A stretch of 64,000 bases of DNA from Polyangia bacterium (GTDB lineage: Bacteria; Myxococcota_A; Polyangia; JAAYKL01), in contig JBNKCR010000098.1 of NCBI GenBank assembly GCA_050287845.1, forward strand, positions 64,001 through 128,000, read 5' to 3'. Position 1 is the stretch's first letter. Each line of letters begins with the position of its first letter. The notes below the pieces were generated by a model that ran no database searches, was not told where the DNA came from, and saw only the letters and a program-made list of their open reading frames with translations. Below, one piece after another: positions 10,244 to 20,486 of the stretch. The position numbers were made by a program, and so were the translations under genes.

Positions 10244-10714
10244 CTAAAATTCCACTTCTATTATTTCGACAACCCGGCTTCCACCGGGAGTTCGGATGGT
10301 CACTTCATCGCCCACTTCCCGACCGATCAATGCCCTGGCGATGGGAGAGCTTATGGAAACGCTGCCCCTGTCAATATCCGCTTCGTCATCTCCCACAATT
10401 CGGTAAGTGGTTTCTTCTCCCGTATCTACATTTTCCATGGTCACCTTCGCACCGAACAGCACCTTGTGACCGGACAGTTTTGATACATCGATGATCTCCG
10501 CCCGTGAGATTCGATCTTCCAGGTATTCGATGCGCCCGGCAATCAGCGACTGCTGTTCCTTGGCAGCATGATACTCGGCATTTTCAGACAAATCGCCATG
10601 GGCACGCGCTTCTTCAATGGCTTTCACGTTGGCCGGGCGTTTCACTGTTCTGAGTTCTTTGAGCTCCACCTCGAGCTTTTTCTTGCCTTCCAGAGTCATT
10701 GGATATTTATCCAT
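10244..10714 (-). CDS. greA: Transcription elongation factor GreA
   Basis: ARAHGDLSENAEYHAAKE and ISSPIARALIG. Confidence 0.97.
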   Translation of the reverse strand: MDKYPMTLEGKKKLEVELKELRTVKRPANVKAIEEARAHGDLSENAEYHAAKEQQSLIAGRIEYLEDRISRAEIIDVSKLSGHKVLFGAKVTMENVDTGEETTYRIVGDDEADIDRGSVSISSPIARALIGREVGDEVTIRTPGGSRVVEIIEVEF

Positions 10715-11088
10715 ACATACCTCCTCTCCGAAACCGGCAGCGTTATAACAAATAAATTGTCCTGCGTACAGAGGGCGCGCCCAAATAGGTGATCGAGGTT
10801 GTTTGTCGCGCCAAAATCGCCAATTATCGACAAGTTACGCAATCACCTTCCCAGGGAAATACCGAAGAATGATTTTTCCTTTCACATTCCCGCTATTGTG
10901 TTGTTTTTCAAAAGAGGTTTAACTTGTAGTCAGAAAAATGGGATTGGAAACTCTAATTATAAAAAAATGAACAGATTTTTCCACCTATTGGGCCATAACT
11001 GCACCACTACCGACAGAGATTCGGAGTGGTCCACTAACTCTGTATTATTACAGAACTGTGAAGCGAAACGTTTGAGGTACCCGTTTTT

Positions 11089-12117
11089 ATGACATTGGCA
11101 AATTTGTATCTTTCCAGACCCGGCACACGGCTGCCAGTGGATTGTTACGATAACGACCGAATCATTGAACTAGTGAAAAAGAACTATCGTGGCAGTAAAC
11201 TTGCCTGGGTGGCCATTGAGGCTGCTATCATCAAAATTCTCGGTAAATGCAGCACGAAAGTAAGATATCTCGATTTTGATCCCTGTTCCCGGGTAGCCGG
11301 TTATGCCGCTGATGCGGCGCGGGATTGCATCGCAAAAAATAACGCCGATTTGAATGATATTGATATGGTTATTTTCGGTGGGGTTGCGAGGGAGTATTTT
11401 GAACCGGCAACGGCCATGGAAGTCTGTACCAATCTGGGTATCACTGAAACCCACGCCTTTGATGTGACCACTGCATGTGTCGGTCATCTGGAGGCGGTGC
11501 AGGCGGCATGCGCGTATCTGACTTTGCACGATGACTATCAGACCGCTCTGGTGGTCACCGCCGAATTGACCCGCGAGTTTCTTTCCTTTGATATTCAGTC
11601 TTTACGTGATTTACAGTACAAAGTGGCCGGGCTTACCATCGGAAATGGTGCTGCGGCTTTTCTGGTAAGCAAGCGGCCATTCGCGAATGGCAGTCTGAAA
11701 ATTGTATCTACGGATACATATTCCATACCTTCTCATTGGGAATTGTGCCAGGTGCCCATCCATGGAACGTTCACGTCGTCGTCGACTGAACTCATGAAAC
11801 TGCACAAGCATATTATTCCAAGACTGAAGGTGTTGTTTGAAAAGTTGGGCTGGGAGCCCAATGATGTTTCACACTACTGTTTTCACCAGCCCAGTGAATT
11901 CATGACTCAGAAAGTGCTCAGTAAAGTTGGTGCCGATTTGGAAAGAGGCGTTTACACCCACCATCTCTACGGAAACAATGCCAGTGCGACCATTGGCATT
12001 GTCATGAATCATCTGCTGTCACAGAAGGAATTGTCATCGGGAGAAAAACTGATGCTGGGAAGCGCTGCATCGGGATTTACAATGGCAACAATATCCGGAA
12101 TCTGGATGAATTCATAG
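11089..12117 (+). CDS. OleA-type thiolase / KAS III-family acyl-CoA condensing enzyme
   Basis: VAREYFEPATA (OleA-like Glu, E105), FDVTTAC (C130), AGLTIGNGAAA, FHQPS (H266), GNNASA (N296). Confidence 0.82.
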   Translation: MTLANLYLSRPGTRLPVDCYDNDRIIELVKKNYRGSKLAWVAIEAAIIKILGKCSTKVRYLDFDPCSRVAGYAADAARDCIAKNNADLNDIDMVIFGGVAREYFEPATAMEVCTNLGITETHAFDVTTACVGHLEAVQAACAYLTLHDDYQTALVVTAELTREFLSFDIQSLRDLQYKVAGLTIGNGAAAFLVSKRPFANGSLKIVSTDTYSIPSHWELCQVPIHGTFTSSSTELMKLHKHIIPRLKVLFEKLGWEPNDVSHYCFHQPSEFMTQKVLSKVGADLERGVYTHHLYGNNASATIGIVMNHLLSQKELSSGEKLMLGSAASGFTMATISGIWMNS

Positions 12118-12190
12118 GGTTTTCCCGGGGAGCCATGAATCCTTCAGTAGTGTGTGAAGTTAAATTTTGACCAGAAAGAAAAGAGAAGAG

Positions 12191-13006
12191 ATGATGGTGA
12201 CTCGGAACATGCATGTTGCAACAAAACTACTTTTTACTGGCTCTCTGCTTTTTCTGACATCTATGTTGGTATGCTGTGGCGCCACCCCTGAAGATGAAGA
12301 GAACAGCAGCAGCGGAGATTCGGATTCTGACACGGATTCCGATGCCGATGGGTTTGAAGCGGCAGAGGAAGTTGGTGATTTGGTGGGGAGAACATTTGTT
12401 CTGGATGAAATTGGCATCAATCAGTGGATTTCACCTCCGGGGCTGGGCAAGGAACTGGGGTCCTCCGTACCCCCCATGGCATTTCAGATTGTGGAAGCCG
12501 GAGACGGTAAACTGACCGCAATTCTGGGGGTTTTGGATGGCAACGAGCAGGATGACTGCAGTGCGAGCGTGGAAATCGAAGGAACCATTGACGATGATCC
12601 GGATTTTACCGACGATGTCGCGTTTTCGTTTGATCCGGTGGAAATGAAGATGGTTATCAGATATGACGAGTATGTAACCATTGCCAATATTCGCGATCTG
12701 ACGCTCTCTGGCTATTTTACGGATGGCGCTACAGGGTATGGATTTATCGATCGGAACCCGGGGCTGATTGCCACCGTTGATTTCAGGGATATCGCAGTGC
12801 TGTTTTCCGGTAACGTTGACGATCCCACTCCGGATAATATGTGCGAAAAGCTCAGTGAGTTATATGAAGGCGCTGAATGTGAGGATTGTCCCCACGATGG
12901 GGAGAAGTACTGCGTAACGCTGGAGGGGGCGGTGATTACCGCTGAAGCGAAAGCCATTAATCTGGACGAGATCGACAATATTAACGACTCGTGTGTCGAG
13001 GATTGA
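12191..13006 (+). CDS. Acidic uncharacterised lipoprotein
   Basis: Hydrophobic signal ending LVCC-G, short DSDSDTDSD linker, beta-rich body and Cys-containing C-terminus; start uncertain. Confidence 0.7.
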   Translation: MMVTRNMHVATKLLFTGSLLFLTSMLVCCGATPEDEENSSSGDSDSDTDSDADGFEAAEEVGDLVGRTFVLDEIGINQWISPPGLGKELGSSVPPMAFQIVEAGDGKLTAILGVLDGNEQDDCSASVEIEGTIDDDPDFTDDVAFSFDPVEMKMVIRYDEYVTIANIRDLTLSGYFTDGATGYGFIDRNPGLIATVDFRDIAVLFSGNVDDPTPDNMCEKLSELYEGAECEDCPHDGEKYCVTLEGAVITAEAKAINLDEIDNINDSCVED

Positions 13007-13063
13007 ATCTGTAACCCAATACTTCATTCATGATGGATGAATCACATGGGAGGCCAGATCTGC

Positions 13064-14071
13064 ATGGCAAAGTTAAGTGGATATTTCGCGATTGCTATCT
13101 GGGCTGTTGTTTTCAATATCGGCTGTTTCGAAATTGTGGCACCGGATGCGGAGTTGCCTGACGGTTCAGAAATTTCAACTGAACCCGGCGCCTCCTGCAA
13201 CTGTTCCGTTGACAAAATCAGCGGACGTGTGTTCCGTTTTACAGAAATGAAAGTTATTGAGCCGGAGTCCATTCGGTCCAGTCTGGATGATTTATGGCGA
13301 TGGGAAATCTCCAAGTATCTGTTGAATGTGCTGTTTGTAGTTGAAGATGCCAGCAAGTCTGACGCGGACAGCGGTGGTTTCTCTGATTTGCGTTTTACGG
13401 TGGGGCCGGGATGGCGTAAATCAAACGGAGAGCGGGACCTGGATGACCTTTTTGTCGTAGGAACGATTGATGAAGATGAAATCGATAACTATTGCCTACT
13501 CGACGAGAAGCTGAATGTGGACGTTCAGATGTCCTCGATAGACGCGGGTGAGTGTAACTTTGTGAATAACGAGAGCAAGGCTTTGTATTTTCATATTGGG
13601 AATAAAAGCAATCCATTGATGTGCGCGCCTCTGCTCGAACCACGGAACACCACTCCCCTGCATAATCTTCAAGTACTTTTTCATCTCAATGAAGACTGCA
13701 GTAAACTTGTTGATGGCTACCTGGACGGATGTCTGCCGCAGGAATCTGTGAACAAGATTTGTATGTGTGGAACGACAGGATTATGCACCAGGGATGGGAA
13801 TGAAGACGAAGAGCCGTTCCCGGAAGCGAATGATGATGGTGAGTTCGAGACGACGGACTTGAGAGACTACTGTACGAACACCTGTGGCGTATATAACGAT
13901 GAGACCGGACAGGGGTGGACATCATACCGGGCGCTCATGGACACGTTCAGCAATGAACCCTCCTGTATTGCGGAAAATGGCCAACCCGGATACCGATTGA
14001 GAGCCAGTTTTACCGCAGAAGACATTTCTAAAAAGTATTCCTCAGATATGTCGGTATGTGCGGATGAGTAG
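13064..14071 (+). CDS. Cys-containing uncharacterised lipoprotein
   Basis: GGGAGG RBS, signal peptide ending FNIGC, acidic with many Cys. Confidence 0.7.
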   Translation: MAKLSGYFAIAIWAVVFNIGCFEIVAPDAELPDGSEISTEPGASCNCSVDKISGRVFRFTEMKVIEPESIRSSLDDLWRWEISKYLLNVLFVVEDASKSDADSGGFSDLRFTVGPGWRKSNGERDLDDLFVVGTIDEDEIDNYCLLDEKLNVDVQMSSIDAGECNFVNNESKALYFHIGNKSNPLMCAPLLEPRNTTPLHNLQVLFHLNEDCSKLVDGYLDGCLPQESVNKICMCGTTGLCTRDGNEDEEPFPEANDDGEFETTDLRDYCTNTCGVYNDETGQGWTSYRALMDTFSNEPSCIAENGQPGYRLRASFTAEDISKKYSSDMSVCADE

Positions 14072-15572
14072 AGTCCAACTAAAAATCCCACCTGTAATGT
14101 GCTTTCTTCAAGCTCCGGGGATTGTCGGTTTTATTTTTGGTGTATGTGTTTTCGCAATCGGTACGCCGGTGTTTGGAGCCGGTATTTCGCTGGGAGATCA
14201 GGGAGCGGTGGCTGCAGGGCGAAGTGGCGCATTTGTGGCGAAGGCCGATGATTTATCCGCCATCGAATATAACCCGGCGGGGCTGGCAAGCCAACGGGGC
14301 TGGCGGATTTATCTGGGAAATCGCTTCGGCTATGCAAACGAGCGATACAGGCGAAGCACAATCTGGGACTACAGCGAAGGCCGTGTGCAGAATTTTGATG
14401 AGGTATCCAACCAGAAACCGTGGCAGCTGCTTGGCCCGATGATTGGCGTGTCAACGGATTTTGGCCTTGAAAACTGGGCGTTTGCTCTGGGAGCGTACGC
14501 ACCCGCGGGCATTGCGTCTCAGCGGTTTCCTGCTGATGGTGGACAACGGTATATGCTCACCAGCCGGGATACAAGAATACTCTATTACAACTTGAGTGTG
14601 GCGTGGAAGCCCAACGATGTCTTCGGTCTCGGGCTCAGCCTGCAGTGGGTGGATCTCGCCCAGCTCGATTTGCGTCTGGTGGTGAATGGAGATATCGCAC
14701 CGGCGTCGGTAACACCCGTTTCCAACCCTTTTGATATGGAAGCCCGGATTCAGGGGGCTGATCACGTGGGATTCTCGGGAGTCATTGGGATGTGGCTACG
14801 CCCGGTGCCTTCATTTCAGATGGCGTTTTCAAGCCGCTTTGTCCCAACACCGTTGGAAGCGGATGCCACTTTGTCATTGTCGCCCCAGAATCCGGATATC
14901 AATAGTGCCACGGAAATCACAAGAGATGGAAATCCGGACAATAATGTCACTTTTTCCATGATCCTTCCCATGGAATTCAGACTGGGGTTCCGCTACATTC
15001 ATTTGCGTGACGGGGTGGAGCGCTTTGATCTGGAACTGGATATGCGACTCGAATTGTGGTCTCAGATGAATCAGTTCAAAGTGGATGGTGAAGGCCTGGA
15101 TGCGTCGATTGAGGGGATTGCACAGCCAGTCGCCATTGGTACGATCACGATTCCCAAAAACTGGAAGAACACCTTCAGTGTACGATTGGGCAGCGACGTC
15201 AATGTGGTGGAAAATCGGCTGGCGCTCAGGGCGGGCGCGTTCTTTGAGACCGCCGCGTCCCGCTCGGAGTTTTCGTACGTGGATTTTCTGGCGTCTCATC
15301 GGATTGGCGTGAGTCTTGGCGCTTCGGTATTTTTCGGGAATTTCCAGCTGGCATTGTCATATTCTTACATCGTGGAGGTGCCAGTTACCGTTGCCGAAAG
15401 CGAAGGAAAAATATATCAGCAGGCACCGGGCAGTCCCTGTGATGGCCCGGATTATAATGATAGCAGCTTTTGCGATGAACACTATATCGGTCAACCCTCT
15501 GCAACTGTGAACAACGGTACATATATCAGTACTTACCACCTCAGTTCACTGGCGGTGTCCTACAGGTTTTAG
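14064..15572 (+). CDS. FadL/TodX-family outer-membrane hydrophobic-compound channel
   Basis: N-terminal hatch motif QGAVAAGRSGAFVAKADDLSAIEYNPAGLA, WKNTFSVRLG, LRAGAFFE, C-terminal SYRF; start uncertain. Confidence 0.85.
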   Translation: MSRVQLKIPPVMCFLQAPGIVGFIFGVCVFAIGTPVFGAGISLGDQGAVAAGRSGAFVAKADDLSAIEYNPAGLASQRGWRIYLGNRFGYANERYRRSTIWDYSEGRVQNFDEVSNQKPWQLLGPMIGVSTDFGLENWAFALGAYAPAGIASQRFPADGGQRYMLTSRDTRILYYNLSVAWKPNDVFGLGLSLQWVDLAQLDLRLVVNGDIAPASVTPVSNPFDMEARIQGADHVGFSGVIGMWLRPVPSFQMAFSSRFVPTPLEADATLSLSPQNPDINSATEITRDGNPDNNVTFSMILPMEFRLGFRYIHLRDGVERFDLELDMRLELWSQMNQFKVDGEGLDASIEGIAQPVAIGTITIPKNWKNTFSVRLGSDVNVVENRLALRAGAFFETAASRSEFSYVDFLASHRIGVSLGASVFFGNFQLALSYSYIVEVPVTVAESEGKIYQQAPGSPCDGPDYNDSSFCDEHYIGQPSATVNNGTYISTYHLSSLAVSYRF

Positions 15573-15584
15573 AGCGGATAAAAC

Positions 15585-17222
15585 ATGAAACGAGCATCTC
15601 TGACTATTTTTGTACTGATCCTGTTAACATTGTCGGCGCCTGTGTACGCGGGGCTTTTTGACGATGCTGTGAGTGGCGATGCCAATGGGGGGGCATCTGA
15701 TGCTGGGGCAACATCAGAAAACATCGATGGCGCGGGAGGCGATGGCCAGACTCCGGGGGATGGTGGGGATGTCCGACCGAGAGTGGAAAGGGTTTCCGTA
15801 CCTGCGTTGAATTTTGATTTTAACGGATATGTGCGGGGAGATCTCTTTGTCGGAAAGATGCCCGGCTACTCGCGGGCGGAAGTGAAAAACGGCTATGGAG
15901 AGCTGGCGTTGAAGCTTCGGGTTTCCAAAGGCAGTTATGGCAGTGCGTTCGGTGAAGTAAGATTTAAAGGCGGTTATCTGAACGACAGTCATTATCTGGG
16001 GCAGCCCTCTGATACACCCACGCCTGGCGAAGACCGACTGGAAATGGGCGGTTCGGTACAACTTCGCGAAGCGTATGTGGACTGGTACCCTGGTCGATTG
16101 GAGTTTCGTCTTGGGCACCAGATTGTGCTTTGGGGGAGGGCCGATGGTATCAATCCGACAAACAACATCACACCCGTCGATATGCGAGTGCGTTCGCCGG
16201 AAGAAGATGATAGGCGAATGGCGAATGTTGGGTTGCGGGCCAAACTGGACTTGTCTCCGATTCGCATCGAAGGAATCTGGATGCCTGTCTACACCCCGTC
16301 GGTCATGCCACAGGTGAATCTGGCGAATGCGCTATTGTTCAACGAACCGGACTATCCCGATTTTGATATGGCAAATGGGCTCTTTGCCGGCAAGATTCAT
16401 TTGATTTTTCCCGCAGTGGAGATGTCAGTATCCTATCTCAATGGGTATTCGCTCACGCCAGGAATTGTTTACGCAGGAAACAATTTCAGCAGTGAGTATT
16501 ATGTCGCTCCCGACCCTGGATCAAGCGCGGACCCTCCTGATACGAAAACTGTAACACTCATGCGTAAAGCATATCGCCATCAGGTGGTCGGGTTCGATTT
16601 TTCAACAATATTGGGGTCCTTCATGGGACTGCGGGGAGAATTGGCGTTTCGCTTCCCGGAGGCACAGAACGAAGCCGCTGAAGATCGATATTATATTCCA
16701 AATCCTGATTTGTATTATGTAGTGGGTGCTGACAGGGAGTTCGGCAATTTAATGGTAGTAGCACAGTATGTTGGTCGCTACACGTTGGACTGGAAAGAAC
16801 GTCCCATCTACGACGAAGACGGGGAAGATTTTCTCAATTCTCTGCGCAACAAACCGAATCTGAATAATCTTGACGAGGCCGCCACCTGGGAAATGAGAGA
16901 AGGCCTCGTAGAGTATATCGCCACTACGGAGCTGGTGAAGACGAATCGGATGATACATGGTCAATCCGCCGAAGTTCAGCATGGTGTTTCGTTGCGGCTG
17001 AGCTGGAGCGCGTTGCATGAGTCGTTGAAACTGATTGCATTTGGGATGGTGAATTTCACTACACAGGAGTTTTTAATCTACCCCAAAATACAATACGTAG
17101 TCACTGATGATATGACGGTAAGTGCCGGTGCTGAAATATACGTCGGTCCGGACGACACGCTGTTTGGCATGATCGACGATACATTGACTGCCGGATACAC
17201 TGAGCTGAAAGTATCGTTCTGA
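15585..17222 (+). CDS. Outer-membrane beta-barrel protein (DUF1302-like)
   Basis: Signal peptide; LREAYVDW...FRLGHQIVLWGRADGINPT motif; C-terminal ELKVSF. Confidence 0.72.
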   Translation: MKRASLTIFVLILLTLSAPVYAGLFDDAVSGDANGGASDAGATSENIDGAGGDGQTPGDGGDVRPRVERVSVPALNFDFNGYVRGDLFVGKMPGYSRAEVKNGYGELALKLRVSKGSYGSAFGEVRFKGGYLNDSHYLGQPSDTPTPGEDRLEMGGSVQLREAYVDWYPGRLEFRLGHQIVLWGRADGINPTNNITPVDMRVRSPEEDDRRMANVGLRAKLDLSPIRIEGIWMPVYTPSVMPQVNLANALLFNEPDYPDFDMANGLFAGKIHLIFPAVEMSVSYLNGYSLTPGIVYAGNNFSSEYYVAPDPGSSADPPDTKTVTLMRKAYRHQVVGFDFSTILGSFMGLRGELAFRFPEAQNEAAEDRYYIPNPDLYYVVGADREFGNLMVVAQYVGRYTLDWKERPIYDEDGEDFLNSLRNKPNLNNLDEAATWEMREGLVEYIATTELVKTNRMIHGQSAEVQHGVSLRLSWSALHESLKLIAFGMVNFTTQEFLIYPKIQYVVTDDMTVSAGAEIYVGPDDTLFGMIDDTLTAGYTELKVSF

Positions 17223-17246
17223 TCAGAAGCGGATAGGGAACACATC

Positions 17247-19559
17247 ATGTCAGGGAATTCTAAACTGTCGGAATTCATTACACGGTACCCATGGCCGTTC
17301 ATTGTGCTGTTTGTGGGAGTCACCGTTCTGGCTGGCATGCAACTTCCGGATGTACAACTCGATACCGAAATGAAAAATCAGTTGCCGGATGATTTGCCCG
17401 CACGGCTCAATCTCTCAAGAATTGAATCACTTTTTGGCGGCACTGACATGATCATGATCATTCTCTCTGCCGATGATATCCTCAAAAAAGAAGTTGCTGA
17501 ACGCGCAAAGGCAATGTCGAAGAAATTTCAGAGAATAAAGGAATTCGACCGTGTAGTGACGCTTTTTACCGCAAAGAATATTGTGGGGGACTTTGGCGGT
17601 ATCTCCGTTGAAAAAGCTGTGCCACGTATTCCCAAAACGGAAAAATCGCGGAAAAAACTGCGCGAGAATCTGAAGGAAAACGAGCTGGTGTACGGCAATA
17701 TCGTATCGAAGGATTTTAAACACACAGCGCTGATTGGATTTTTATCCACCGATGCCTCCGATGAAACGGTTGTGAAGAAACTGGAAGATATCATTGCCAA
17801 TACACCAGGGCCCGGAACGGCACTGGTGGGTGGAATGCCCGTCACACGGGTAAAATTGTCACAGGATATTCGCAAGGATATGAGCCGGTTTTTGCCGTAT
17901 GGCCTCGCCCTGATGTTTGTATTTCTGTTGCTTTGTTTCAGGGAAACAAGAAGCGTATTGATGCCGTTTATTATTACCATCATGGCAATTATTGTTGCTC
18001 TTGGGGTGCTGGCATTTCTGGGTTGGAAGATTCACACTGTGACCGTGTTGCTTCCTGTGATCCTGCTTGCTGTGGCCAATGATTATGGCATTCATATCAT
18101 GGCGCACTACCAGGCGGATAAAAGTCTACATGAGAATTGGTCCTCTCGGGACCTGGCGCGTTCGGCGATTACCGGATTGAATCAGCCAATTCTTGCCAGT
18201 GGTATTACCACAATGGTCGGACTGCTCTGTCTGCTCTCGCACATTATTATTCCCGCTGAGCAGTTGGGCGTTCTGGCAGCGATTGGTGTGGCATTCGCGG
18301 TTCTCGGCAGTCTTATATTCATCCCAGCCGTCATTGCCATCCTTCCGAAGCCCAGGATAAAGAGGAGCACCGAGGGCTCAGCTCGCAATGTCGCATCCAC
18401 GATGTCCAGGTTGCTTCAGTTCACTGGGAATTTTGTATGTCGACGGCCAAAGACTATTCTGACTGTCAGTATGATAGTGCTGCTTACTTTTGCCGGGGGT
18501 GCATATTTCATCGTTGTAGATAGCAATCCCATGAATTTTTATCGGAAAGGTGATCCGGTGTGGAAGGCGACAGATATGCTGAACAAACACTTTGGTGGGT
18601 GGGCCGGTATATCCATTGTCGCGGACGGTGACGTAAAGGATCCGAAAGTGATGAAGGACATCGATCGCCTCGAAAAGCACATGAAGAAGCATCCCCTGGT
18701 CGGATCCACATCCTCTATCGCGGCGGTAGTGCGAACGATGAACCAGGTGATGAACGAAAACGCACCATCGGAGAATCGAATTCCCGATTCGAGAGAGCTG
18801 ATTGCACAATATTTCGAACTGTATATGCTCAGCGGAGACATCGACGATTTCAACAAATTGGTGGACTTTAATTTCGAGCATGCCCAGGTGGTGGCTCAAG
18901 TGAAAGATAGTGGTACAACGGCTGCCACTGCGGTAGTCCAGCATGCCAGAGAATTTATGAAAGCCAATCCGGATTCACCATTTAAGATTAGTGGCGGTCT
19001 TCTCGATGTGATTGCCAATCTCGTAGACTATATTGTGCGTGGTCAGCTCTATAGCCTCTTTCTTTCGATTCTCCTCTGCGGTTTTCTGGTTTCCCTCCTG
19101 ATGCGCTCGGTGGTTGCCGGTCTGATTTCGATCATTCCATTAGGAATCGCGGTGTCCATGTTATTTGGATTAATGGGAATTCTGGGGATTGAATTGAATC
19201 TTATTACTGCAATGCTGTCATCTATCATGATTGGGGTCGGAATTGACTACACCATTCATTTTTTATGGAGATATCGCGACGAACGGAAATTGGCTGCGCC
19301 AATGGACGCCGTAAAAACAACATTGAACACTGCCGGTCGTGGAATATTGTTCAATGCGTTTTCGGTGGTTGTGGGATTTGTTGTATTGCTTCTGTCTCAG
19401 TTTTTCCCGGTTCAGTTTTTCGGTCTGCTGGTAGTGGTTTCAATTATGTCGTGTCTTGTTGGCGCGTTGGTTGTACTACCGGCCGCAATCATTGTGTTTA
19501 AACCAGCGTTTCTGGAACCTGCGACAAAACAAAATGAATCAACAGCAGCCGCTGCATAG
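17247..19559 (+). CDS. MMPL/RND-family lipid transporter
   Basis: Two-fold repeat of TM1, periplasmic loop and 5 TM; AVANDYGIH and GVGIDYTIHF proton-relay motifs. Confidence 0.93.
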   Translation: MSGNSKLSEFITRYPWPFIVLFVGVTVLAGMQLPDVQLDTEMKNQLPDDLPARLNLSRIESLFGGTDMIMIILSADDILKKEVAERAKAMSKKFQRIKEFDRVVTLFTAKNIVGDFGGISVEKAVPRIPKTEKSRKKLRENLKENELVYGNIVSKDFKHTALIGFLSTDASDETVVKKLEDIIANTPGPGTALVGGMPVTRVKLSQDIRKDMSRFLPYGLALMFVFLLLCFRETRSVLMPFIITIMAIIVALGVLAFLGWKIHTVTVLLPVILLAVANDYGIHIMAHYQADKSLHENWSSRDLARSAITGLNQPILASGITTMVGLLCLLSHIIIPAEQLGVLAAIGVAFAVLGSLIFIPAVIAILPKPRIKRSTEGSARNVASTMSRLLQFTGNFVCRRPKTILTVSMIVLLTFAGGAYFIVVDSNPMNFYRKGDPVWKATDMLNKHFGGWAGISIVADGDVKDPKVMKDIDRLEKHMKKHPLVGSTSSIAAVVRTMNQVMNENAPSENRIPDSRELIAQYFELYMLSGDIDDFNKLVDFNFEHAQVVAQVKDSGTTAATAVVQHAREFMKANPDSPFKISGGLLDVIANLVDYIVRGQLYSLFLSILLCGFLVSLLMRSVVAGLISIIPLGIAVSMLFGLMGILGIELNLITAMLSSIMIGVGIDYTIHFLWRYRDERKLAAPMDAVKTTLNTAGRGILFNAFSVVVGFVVLLLSQFFPVQFFGLLVVVSIMSCLVGALVVLPAAIIVFKPAFLEPATKQNESTAAAA

Positions 19560-19596
19560 CAATTGCTATAATTTGGCTTGGATGAGGAGGTCTGCA

Positions 19597-20421
19597 ATGA
19601 AATTAAAAAATAAGGTTGCCATCAATACCGCAGGTGCGGCGATTGCCGTGGGTGCGTTATTGTGTATTTTTTCGGGAAGCGTGACCGGGGCGAATCTTTC
19701 GGCAATGGATATCATGAAGAAAACCAATGAAGCAAGACAACTGGAAGGTTCGGAAGCAGTGATGCAACTTACCATAAAAAATGCGAAAGGCGACAAAAGG
19801 GTCCGGAAAATCGCCATGGTCAGCAAGTTGTTTGACAGTGGGAAAACGGAAAAGCGTGTGTATCGATTTCTGGCTCCGGCGGATGTGAAGGGGACTGGCA
19901 TATTGGCTTTCGATTACGAAAACAAAAACGATGACATGTGGATATATCTTCCTGCGTTGCGCAAGACGCGTCGGATTGTGACTTCTGAACGCGCAAAAAG
20001 TTTTATGGGAAGTGAATTCTCATATGCAGATATGAATTCGCCCACCTTGAGCGACTACAAATTCCGGATAGTAAAAGAAGAGTCTGTTGATGGCGTCAGT
20101 TGCTGGAAAATCGAGGCTACACCAAAGAATGATACGGTGGCTGAAGACGAAGGCTATTCCAGTAAAAATGTCTGGGTTGCCAAGGACGAATTCACGATTC
20201 GCAAAGCGGAGTATTTCGACCTTGATGGTGAGCTGCTGAAGGTGCTCACCAGTCGCAATATCGTGCTGGTGGACAGTGCGAAAAAGCGATATCGCTCCAA
20301 GTATATGGCCATGACGAATAAACAGAACGGTCGTGAATCTATTTTCGAAATTGAAAAGATTGAAAATGCACCCAATACGAAGGATTCCTATTTTACTACA
20401 GGGTATCTGGAACGACCCTGA
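19597..20421 (+). CDS. LolA-like outer-membrane lipoprotein-sorting family protein
   Basis: FLAPADVKGTGIL, DDMWIYLPALRKTRRI, SFMGSEFSYAD; signal peptide; GAGGAGG RBS. Confidence 0.9.
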   Translation: MKLKNKVAINTAGAAIAVGALLCIFSGSVTGANLSAMDIMKKTNEARQLEGSEAVMQLTIKNAKGDKRVRKIAMVSKLFDSGKTEKRVYRFLAPADVKGTGILAFDYENKNDDMWIYLPALRKTRRIVTSERAKSFMGSEFSYADMNSPTLSDYKFRIVKEESVDGVSCWKIEATPKNDTVAEDEGYSSKNVWVAKDEFTIRKAEYFDLDGELLKVLTSRNIVLVDSAKKRYRSKYMAMTNKQNGRESIFEIEKIENAPNTKDSYFTTGYLERP

Positions 20422-20486
20422 CATTCAATGGTGTTTCGCCTGGTGTTGAAATACCTGTTTTTGATTCAAATTAAAGGAGGACTCAA

